From positions 4,524-68,523 of IMG/VR virus record IMGVR_UViG_3300025280_000001: a DNA stretch of 64,000 nucleotides; one strand, 5' to 3'. The DNA comes from a virus. The translations under genes were made by a program, and so were the position numbers. The notes below the pieces were generated by a model, which saw only the letters and a program-made list of their open reading frames with translations, was not told where the DNA came from and did not search any database. Positions 41,101-53,100 of this stretch are shown here, in pieces. Positions within the stretch are counted from its first letter, which is position 1. Each line of letters starts with the position of its first letter.

Positions 41101-44100
41101 GTTGAAGCACACTTATTAGATAAGGCTGATCCTCGTCATAAAGAATATGTTCCTCCGCCCCCACCACCGACAACAGGTGGACACCCATCAACACCGCCAA
41201 GTAAGATTAATGAACTAAGAGAGAAGGCTGGTTTTGAACCTGTAGAAGTAGAACTATCTGGTGATCCAGAAAGTAATTCATTTGTTCCCTTAGATTTTGC
41301 TGAAAGTGTCACAGTCTATCAGACTCTTCAGGAATTAATAGCTAAGGCTGAAGAGGCTGGAGATACAAAACTAGCAAAAGAACTTAAAAGAACACTGTCT
41401 GCATTAAGATTCTTTGCTGAGAACCATCTAGATACTCTTCCTATTACTGAAGCAATTGTTGATATACAGACAAAAACATTAGCTATTACAAAGAGAATGA
41501 ATGAGATAGATGAAGAGTTTATGAATAATGAAAAGTTTAAAGCAAACTATCAAATAGAAGCAGATGCTCAAGTTGTTGCAGTATTATCTACAAGAATAAA
41601 GAACAGTGCTGATAGGGGTAAGATTAAAGAAAATGATGTTGTTCTTGATACAGAATCACAGGAAGCATTATCTTCCTTAGAAGATAGCTATAAGATTAAG
41701 CCTAAGAAAGGTGTATCTCATTGGAAGAGATTAGCTAAAATTAGAACCATGCTTGAAAAGAAATCTGCTAACTTTGGGGCTAAATACTTAAAGGCTAAAG
41801 AAAAACACAACAAAGAGATTACAACCCATAGCGATGAGATAATGAGACTTAAGGAGAAACAGAGATCCGAAATTCACAAAATAAATATGCGTGTTATTGA
41901 AGCTCATTTAGGAGAACATACAGGTCTAACTCTAGCTACAGGTAGAGAAATTGCAGAACAAGTAGCAACGCACCAACTTAAGTTAGCTAGGAAAGAAGCA
42001 GATTGGAAATTCTTTTGGGAAGAACAATCAACAATGACCTTAAATGATTTTATTTTTCAATATCTTAATAACAATCAATATGTAAGAACGAGAATACTCA
42101 AAAAACATGGTACTAAAGAAGAGGGTTATACAAAGAAACAGCTACAAGAATATTGGGATCAGGCTATAAAAAAAGAAAAAGAATTAATTGATCGTCTGCA
42201 TGTAGGTAGAATGATGGCTACCCAAAGAGTTATTAATAACCTAGCTACTGAAATCCTAGAAGAGAAGGGTGTTACGATAGATAACTGGAATCCTGAACAT
42301 AGGTTTACTCTAGATACATTACCAGATCAAAGACTTGCAGCACTTGCTGCGGGTGATGGGGTCACATCTCATATAGAAACAAAACTAGAAGCAGTAACCT
42401 TATTAAGTCAGTTTGCTAGAAGAATTATATATATGCTCAACACTCCGAGATGGAGTGACGAAACAACACTGAAGTGGGATAAGGTTAAAAAGGCATTGCC
42501 ACCGGGTATTAAAAATCTTCGGATAGAGATTGTATTTGCACATGCCCTAACTCCTGACTCTAAAAATAAAGCTAATACAGAAATGCTTGAGGTGTTAGAA
42601 TTAGAGTTTGATGTTGAACTACTAAAGGGAGCGTTAGCGGATCTAATAACATTACTAGATCCCGCAATTAAAGAGCAATATAAATATACAGCTAGAATGA
42701 TTAGAGAGGCTCAAAAAGATCCTACCGATACTCATAGTGAATACAGTTGGTATGCAGCACAGAGAATTGTTACAATGTTATGGGATGCCATGCTACCCGC
42801 TTATCGAGACGAGTTCTTAGCTAATGAAATCCATCCGGATCATATAGGTCGAGGATATAAACTTGTACACAGTAAGGGAGTTACTACTAAGTGGGGAACT
42901 GAGTCTGATTATATTATTGCGGTAGGAGAAGAAGCTAAGAATATGCTTTTAATCTTACCAGAGGGAATAAGAAAGCTTGCTCTTGAAAGGCTTGGTATTA
43001 AAGAAACAGCTATTATTGCTGATATAGATCCCAACACACTTTTAACAGCTATGGCTAGTTTTATGCATAAGAAAACTGCAGCGGATTTAGCAAAATATGG
43101 TAATGGTACAGAGGATTACAATTCAGCCTTTACTACTGGTCGGGGTATAATTGAAATTGTTCTAGATAGATCACCGGGTACTATGAGACGAGTAGTAGAT
43201 AAGTCTGATCCTGAAGGTGTTGTTGATAACTTTACTGAACTTAATGAAACTAGTAAAGAATCCGCAAAACGATTTAAAAAACCAGAAAAAGAAAAAAGTA
43301 AAGTTCTATTACCTCCACATACAGGTGATATAAATATGTTTGGTCCTCTAGAAGAGTGGGGACTTATACGTACCCTTGAGGATGAAGTATTCCGTAATAG
43401 AATTAAATTCTCTGCACATGTAGAGATAACTGATTCTATCAGAAACCAATGGGCTGATCCGAACAGAGTGTCTAATGTTAAAGAAGATGATATGTTTAAT
43501 GTTGGTCGAAGACTTCCGTTTAGACTTACACCTTATATTAATAATAGACTATATAAAGGAACAACACTGGATCGCCAAGAACTATTGGAAGCTTTGTTTA
43601 CAGTACAGTTAGATATGCCAGCAGTAGTACAGTCATTTATTTATGATGCTGTTATTGGACACAGACAATTCTATGCTAGTGAAGCTAAAACTACTAGTGA
43701 AATTATTACTACTGGTTGGGATACAGTGATGCCGTCAACTAACTTGGCTTGGGTGAATATCCTACAACAGTTGAATCCAGAGCTTCTTCAAGCAGAGAAT
43801 GTAGACTCTCCACTTGTACAACTTGTATTGGAAGAGGCATTAAGATGGGAAAACCAAACTGATCCTGATACTGGGAAGACAAGACCCTTCAATGAAATTA
43901 TTAACCAATACAACTATGGAGATCAATCATGGCAAGGTGCTCACCTATTCTGGTTTCTCAATCGAAAAGGTGATGAGTTTATAGCTGAACTACAAAGGAT
44001 TCATGATGAAGGAGAAATGGGTTGGAATGAAGATCTTGAGGATAGATATATTACAACAGCCGTGAAGTGGATACATGAATTATTATCTACTGATAAGGAT

Positions 44101-47100
44101 AGTAGAATGGATATCTTTAGAGACTTATTCAAAAAGGTTGGTATTACTGAAGATACAGACTATGATACTATCCGTACTATGCAAGAAGAGGATGGCAATC
44201 GAGTTAAGATACTAAGAGATGCTTTATTCAAGCCTGGTCCTTTGATGACTTTATATGGTGGCGGTAAAGAAGCACAGATGGTTTATTATAAAGGCGATGG
44301 TCGAGTAGATTTAGTTAGATTAAATGAAGAATTAGACGTTGCTATAACTTTAAAAGATATAGAAAACTTACAAGACTTTATGTTTGGTGGTTTCATGTGG
44401 GAAGGTACAACGATATTGCATGATGCTATGGACTATAGTGTCGAACTAAAGAGAGCAGTATTTAAGTTATTAGCTGTCGAAGGAACTGGTGGTGCCCGTA
44501 GTCAGGCAGCAATAGAATCTGCTAGAGCGGGATTACAGAAAATTTCTGATGATGACGGTGGAGATTATGGTAGAATGCTGATGAGAGCTAGTGATGCCTT
44601 AGTTCTTTTACGAGCTAGAATAGCAGATATATCAGAGTTTACAGAAATTCCCGTAAAAATTATTGAAGAGAGATATGCTACAAGATTAAGGTGGGTTAGA
44701 GGATACCTGAAAAAGAAAGCTAAAGCAAATGAGTTGGTTGATGAATATGATATGGCAAGACTCAATGAGTTTTTATTAGGGGATCGTTTGGGTTGGAGAG
44801 ATGTAGAAAACTTACGAGCACAGAACCTACAAAACTCTGTTGCTCATTATATGAACTTAGATCATATGCGTATTCAAGCACGGATGGAAGGCTATAATTT
44901 TGATCAAGACGATACTATGGGTCTAGAAGAGCTAGCCCTTTACTTTACACAGATGAGATCACATGATTCAAAACGGTGGTATCATACTGTATATGATGCT
45001 ATGAATGTACAGCCAGTTAATGTTTCAGCGTCTAAGATTGCTACTGTATATGAAGGTATAATGAATACAGATAGATTTGCTGCTAGAGTAGAAGAGCTTG
45101 CTAATGATCCTGACGATCCGAAAAGTACATCTCCAGAATTCAATGGTATGTCTCAAGCCGAAGTATTTGCTTTATCGGAAATGCTACAAGAAGAAGGCGG
45201 AGCTCCCTTCGGAATGTGGGATATTAAAGTTAATAATTACCATGCAGCTAAAGAACGGTTTGGTGCTTTAGATGAACGGGGTCAATTTATTAAAGACGCA
45301 GATCGTAAAAAATGGAAGGTTTGGGCAGAACGAGAAATTGAGGATGCACTCCTAAGAGATGAGATGTTATACGAAGCATCATATGGTCCATTAGCTTTAA
45401 CTGAATATGAGCAAGGTGGAGTAGTAACTACTAAGGGTGGAAGAGAGTTTGATATATTCTCTGAGATGGATCCCGAAAGAATGTATGGTACTATTGCACA
45501 AAGATGGCATACTGCTGATAAGGCAGCAGAGGTTGAACATAGACAGATAGTGAATCTTATTAATAAATATGAAGCATTCAGATCTATGGGTACAGAGACT
45601 GAGGCAGCAGGTCGTCAGATTCTAACTAGAGTAAGCCAGTGGAGTGGTATCCCTATTGATCTTCTTCCTACCATTAAAGAGCTGGGTATTAGAATTGGTA
45701 CTAATAGATATCCAGTAGAATCACCTTATACTAGAACCGTTAAACCTTTGGGTGACGAGACTCACGATGTAGATGACTTCATTGGAATTCAAACTGCACA
45801 CCCTGGTGGATATGCTGCAATGAGACCCGCTATTAAGAAGGTAGCATGGGATCAGGTTGGATCTTTAGCTCTCCGTAAATTCTATTATGATCGAAAGATT
45901 AATGATCTAGAGACTAGAATTAATCCATACTTAGATCCAGCAATAGACCCCTCAATACGTCCAGTTGAATCCCTAGAAAATATTTTACCAGAGCACAATA
46001 GAACAGACTTCCCTATTCTAAGTGATAAACAAAATATTCTTTATCCAGAATCTTTAAGGGGTTTCGAAGCAGAAAACTTACTATCGGGTAGAGCCGCTAC
46101 AGTGCAGTCTATACGATTTAAGCTAGAGGAAAAAATAGATATATGGGCAAGAAATCAAGGTTGGGATATTCAGTTTCTAAAAGAACATAAAGAGTTATAT
46201 CTCTCTCTATACTATATGATGAAACTTGATGACATGTTTGGATATGTGGATTCAGGATATAGACCTCCAGAATATGCAGAAGCATGGAATATAATGAGAC
46301 AACTAGAAACCGTTGGTCGAGCTACAAGAGCTAATAAGCCTGGTGAAATGTTTAAAGCTAAGTATGATATTATAGAAAAGATTAGAAAGATATATAGAAT
46401 ATCTCATGGTATGCTTACAAGAACTAGATCTATGATAGATTTACATGATAAGGGTGCTGTATTAGGTACTGTATATGTTCCTGGAAAAGGTAAGATGACT
46501 TATGAAGAAGCTTTAGTATCTGGTATACTAGGTCCTAATGCTTTAACTCCTGCTCTAGAACTAGGTTTACAAGCTGCTGATCTAATGGTACTTGATGCTG
46601 ATAATAATCTTGGAGAATATATAGCCACAACCGAAACCAAGGAAGGTACTCAAGTTATCCAAGGTATAGATAGTAATATGTTAGTTACAAAGCTTCCAGA
46701 ACAGTTTGGATTAGATACTATACTTATAAAGATGTTAGAAGATACTGGTAGATTAACTAAAGAACAAATAGCAGGATACGAAGCTGGCTCTTATAAATCT
46801 ATTATAGATCCGACTGGTAAGAATGGAATAACTAGCTATGAGCTTCTGGGTTTTGTTCAAGAAGTATTTAGAAGAAATAGAGAAGACAGATTGTCTAACT
46901 ATGATTTAGTAATCTTTGAGGTACGTGAGGAATCAGAAGGTAGGTTTACTCCTCTTAATATTCAGGTAGCTTCTAGAAGAGATCATACTGGTGTACAGGC
47001 TATTGTTAAGAGAGATCCTCTCAATACAGGTATAACTTTAACACCCCGATCCTATATTGGTCCAACCAAACGATTTGCTATGACTCCAGAATCTATATTC

Positions 47101-50100
47101 CATGCTTTGAATACTTTGGGTAACTTCCATGCTATAGAGATGATGGAGTATACACTAAGAACGGGTATGAGATTAAATGTACGAGAAAAGGTACAACCTG
47201 ATGGTACTGTTGTGCTTACACCTAGAGAAGCTTTATCAGATCGTATGAGACAGGATATGGGTTTTAGTTTTAGACAAGACAGAAAAAATGAACAGCTTTT
47301 ATATGAAGCCTTTAGATTAATGTTGGGTGAAGATACTCATATGGATTTAGTAGAAGAAACAAGAGAGATAGATGGCAGTAAAACTAAATTCATAAATGCT
47401 CGTACATATATAAATCATAATATAGATATCAAGTTCCATAAAGATGGACCGTCATTCTCTACTAGTGTTCATCGTGCTGCTCTTATATCTCCCTTACAGA
47501 GAGTTATGCAGAGGCTAAACTACTTTGGATCTAATAAATTAAATGGTGACTTAGATGCATTTGTTGAAGCTCGTGAAGAAGATCTACTAATGGTTATAGG
47601 TACAATGATTCGTAAGCCTGAGATTACAGCAGAAGAGATGTCAATAATTCTACCATTTATTATGGAAGAAAAGGTAATAAAGAAAGATGGAGAGTCTACT
47701 CCTGTTCTCGAACACATAAGAGATTTGCAAAGTAGAGCTGAATACTTCCTACAAGAAATTTTAAATGAGCTACGATGGAGAGAACTTTCTAGTACTGTTA
47801 AACACCTACATGAAATCAATACCCCAAAGATTGTTGATAAGCGTACTGGTAGGATTATGAATTCATGGCAATCAAAAACAATACCATTTGATTGGATTGC
47901 TAGATCTTTCTGGGAAAATGTTAGTGAAGAATCATTTAAGGTAGATTTAAATGAAACAGAATTTTATGAACAAGTATATAAACCACATGCAGAAAAGATA
48001 TGGGATAGTGTTAAAGCAACATACTCCAAGACTCATCATAAAGATATATTAGATTTTCTTGAGCGACATAAAGAAGAGCTTATGGAATTAAGTTATAAAA
48101 ATGCTTTAGAAACAATGTTTAATGAAAACCTAGAGGAAGAACCACGAGCAGAATCTGTCTTACTAAAAGAAGATATGGATGCTAGGTGGAGAAAAATACA
48201 AGAGATAGATCCTCAGAAAATTAAACAGCTTAGAACGAAAGCGGCATTACTCAAGAGATGGGAAGGTAGTACCACTATTTATCCACACCTTGTACATGTA
48301 TTAAGTAGTATTGATACGCTTGTTAAAGATAAAGTAATAACCGAACAGGTTGCAGATGCTACCCGCTCAATGTTGGCATGGATGGCTGAAAAAAATCCCC
48401 AGATATTTGTTAACATGAAATTTGAATCAAAAGAAAATATCCCAGGAATATATGTAGCGTTTGCTCAAAAGGTAAATCAAGCTGAATCTGGAGTTACCTT
48501 CGATGGTATATATAGAAACGATCCTGAAGCTGGGGTAAGATATGAACCAGATGAGGACATGAGAACAACAAAGAATTTGTTGTATCTAACTGGACTATCG
48601 AATGAACAAATAGATGCAATGCCTGAATTCCAAGAAGGATGGTTAGATGGTGTGGATGCTATGTCCTATGTTGTAGGATTTGATATGGAAACAACTATTG
48701 CTGCTACTCCAGAGGGTAGAGATATTCTTATGGCATCTATAAAATCTCGTACAGATGGAGATGCAAAAGGTACCTATGAAAAGAATCTATGGACAGCTCA
48801 ACCTATACCAGGATATGCTAATATCCGAAACGAAATAGAAACTATTAAATCAAACCATACACGAATAACTCTGTCTGAAGATGGTACACATTATCACGCT
48901 GTTGGTAACCCTGATAAAAAATATGCCCGTGTTACACAGGCTATTAGGGGAGATGTCGATCCTAAAGAAATGAACCAGAAAGCTATGGATATCGGTACTA
49001 ATATAGATGTAATAGTAAGAGACTTCTTTGCTGGAGAGCTAAAGGGGTATCTGAATTATCATACTGATGGTAACCCACATATAAAAACCGAAGAAATATT
49101 TGATAGTTTTATCGAACAACTAGAAGAACTGAAGCAAAAATTTGACCGTAATGGTGATGAAGTTATAGCTAATAACATAGTATTATATAGTGATGAACTT
49201 GAAATTGCTGGTACTGTCGATCTGTTAGTATACAATGAAGATAAACAAACTATTAGTATCTATGATATGAAAACTAAACGAAGAGGTGCAAAGGCAGGAG
49301 CTGGGCGTAGTGGTTTGTTATATAATGTAGATACAAAATATGAAGCTGGAAGTTATAGAGATAAGTGGACGAATCAATTAAATCTTTATTCCATATTATT
49401 AAACCACACCCACAATATAGATACAGAGACTCTTGGTATTATACCAATAGCTGTTGCTTATGATGGAAGAGTGAAGGCAAGAACTACAGATGAACTTACT
49501 CTATATGAAACAGAGTCTATCAAAGAACTTCCAGAAGTTACATTACTAGCTAGAGATGAAGGTGCTTCAAGAAATACACTAGCACAAGATGGTGGTAGAA
49601 TAACTCAAGAGCAAGCTCAAGATATGTTGAACACTCTTGAGATGCATCAGAATCGTGGCGGTAAGGTAGTTACTCATAACGGTAATGAGTTTGACTTATT
49701 AACACTTGGGCATATAGCAGATAATCCTAGACAAGCCGCTAGGATTGCATTAAGAGGTTATGATATAATGCAAATACTTATGTATGCTGAACCAGAACCT
49801 GGCAGATCACTAGATTGGTTTGGATTAAATGATGCTGGGCTAAATACAATAGGTAGAGGTAAGATAGACGAATCCGGATTAGCTCCACTATATTCACAGC
49901 AAATGCTAGGGCAAGAATTAGAAGACCTTACTGGAGAGGTATCATCTGAAGCAATAGCTAAAATCAAAGAGATGGACCCAGCAATGGCTGGAGATAAATT
50001 ACGCATTTATGTAGAAGACGATGCAAACTTAACCGCAGATCTTCTTGTTGGACTATGGGAAAAGAGTCAATCAGATAATAAAGCTCTTGATATTACTAAC

Positions 50101-53100
50101 GCTAAGGGAGCAACTAGGGTTACTATGCATAATGCACACCCATCTTGGAAGACAGCTTCTGAGATAGACTCTGTTCCAGGATCTGTAAGAAAGTTTAACA
50201 ACAACGGTTTGATTACACCACGCTCTACACATATACCTGGAGATCCTTCACTAGATCCTGCATATCTTATTGGGTTGGATGCTGCAAAGCTTTCAACAAT
50301 GGATACAGCTTCTGCTGTTGAGATTATTTTCCATGAGGTTATGGAGGTTGCTATCTTAAAGTATATGAGAGAAGATACCGCAGCGTTTGATAATCTCGTA
50401 GAAATGTTAGAACGTAAAGAAAATATAAAACTATTGGAGAGAATGATATTAGCTCAATCTGGTGGTAAGAGCGGACCCTCAATTAAAGCAAGAATGGAAT
50501 ACTTTACAAGTTCGCCAACTGAACTTATTGCCGCCTTTGCTTCATACTATGTAGCCGCTAAAGTATTGGGAGATCCAGAAGGAGTTGTAGCTCCAATTAT
50601 AAATGATCTTCATAAGTCTTCAGCTTGGAGTAAGCTAAAGGAATTTATGAACAAAACATTTAGATGGGTTGGAGATATCTATAGAGATATGTCACATGTA
50701 TTTGTTTCATTCATAGATGAGCCAGGTGGTCAGCGTGAGTTTGATGATCTTATGACCCTATTAAATACAGTGTTCGGTCTAGATCAAGAAGGTAATATGC
50801 TATTAGATGCTAATAATGATTTATCTAAACCACGTTATTCAAAAGACTGGAGATATGATACGCCTTATCAACTAGCCGAAGAACCAGCAGAAATATTAGA
50901 GGGTGGGGATAAAGAGTATCTAAAGAAATATAATAAGATACAAACACTCTCGGATGAGTTAGATGTACTGATGGCAAACGGAAAGGGTAGTTCTAAAGAA
51001 TATCGAAACAAGAGTCTATTATCCCGTAAGCTTCATGGAGAAATGGTTCAGTATGGATATGTTAATAATAATCCAAAAACCATGATAGGTACTGAAGGTG
51101 GTGAAGGTGGTCGTCATGTTCAAGGTCTTACTAGAGGAGAACAACTATCGTGGGAACAAATTATACGTAGAGATTGGTGGCTTGGTAGTGGTCCCGATGG
51201 ATTAGCTATTCTGAATTCAGGAAACATATATCTCAAGGCAGCCTTTGCGCATATGACAAGTCAAAAAATGTCGGACTATTTAGGAGGGCACCTATCACAG
51301 GGAGTGGGTGGAACCGCTAGATGGTTTGCTGATTTCTTTGATAGGAGTGGGGTTTCTAAATATGTTATGGATAATGCAAAGAAATTTATTCTTGCATCTT
51401 CTGGTGCAAATGTTACATACAATAGTCCATTTGTAATATCAGTTATACTAGCAAATATGATGGTTGATGGGGCGACTATTACTAGGAGTTCAGTATTACC
51501 ACACTCAAAGGGTATTGTTTCTGTTCAGGCAGCACATAGAAAAGCAACAGGATTTGAAAAGGCTGTTGGTGATACATTCTCACGAGATGTAATTAAACTA
51601 TTTGAAAAAAGCCCATACTATAAGAATGCACTTGAGAGTGGAGAAACTAAGGGAGATCTAGTACAGAATCTTCAAACTGAAATTATTAAGATTCTAGTAG
51701 ATCAAAAAGATAAAAGAGATTATAGCGGTATTGAAAAGTATGATGATGGTATTCAAAAAGGTATAAAGAATCTAGATGCTACATTTAGAAGTTTTGTTAA
51801 TCAGATATTTGGAATGTCCAAAGAGCAGGGTAGAGCTTATATGGAAAAAGATACTGAAATGGTTCCTTGGTTAGTTAAATCTACAAACACTGGAGAAACA
51901 TTACATGCTGCTACCCAAAGAACTAGACCTGCACTTAAGAAATTATTTACGGATAAAATATCTTCAGCAAGTAAGGAATATATTCATCCTGTGTTAGCGT
52001 ATACGGCTGGATTATTACCTAAACCATCAAGATTAAATAAATCATTAGAGATGATGCAAATTATTCATCCCGCATGGTATAGGTTTATTGCAACGAAAGC
52101 TCTGTTAAATTATAGAGCTATGGCTAATGATCCTACAATTAGTTTAAATGCTTTCGTAGCTTTAACAATGAATGCTACTGTTAGAAGTGCATGGAATAAA
52201 GTTACATCTGATGCTATGTCTGCTAAGGGTGATAGACATCTGATGTGGAATGATCTCGATGGTTTTGCTGTTAAGGATCCTAAAGGAAAACCTTATGATA
52301 TGAATGAGGTTAAAGCTAAGATACGAGAGAGATATGATATGTTACTTGATGGTGAAGCTCTTGGTGATGATTTTGGTTTAAACAATGTTATCGACGAATT
52401 GTTTGATCTCAATAATCATCTAGATCCCCATGATAAAGTTAGATCATTTTATGTTGCTTCTAAGACTAGAAGAAATAAAGACTTCTCTAGTGTAATGGAT
52501 TTTATTCTTAATACATTCCTAGAGCGAATACACCACCAAGCTTACTTTGTTTATGATAGTATATTTACTCCTAAAGTATCTGAAGCACTAGCTATACCTG
52601 AAATTAGAAGTTATTTAGAAACTAACCCCGCTATACTAGCTAGAGCTGTATCTCGTTCACAGGGTCATAGAGCTCATGAGATAGATATGTTTAAGGAGAT
52701 TACTAACACAAATCTAGATTTCAGTGAACTACTAAGTCTATTTGGGGAGGTTGCTAGTACTAAAGGTAGTGTCTTTAGGATGACAGATGGTAAAGGTAAA
52801 GACCTTACCGAAAAAGAACAGGCACAATTATCTCATGCTTTAAATGTAACCTTTAAACGTAAGTATGAAGTACTCAGAGGCGTTGCTGCTAGATATGATA
52901 CAAGCGAAGATACCTTCGCAAACAGCTTAGGAGAGGGTTCTAACTGGATTGTTAAGTCTGTATACGGTACTAACCTAGCTATGGCTACTTCTGTAGTGGA
53001 AGGAAGCATGGCTGGCTTATTAAGTACTATAGGATATAACGATGTAAAGGGGCTTATATTCCCGTTTTTAGCCTATTTAAAGCCCCTTATGAGGCAGGAT

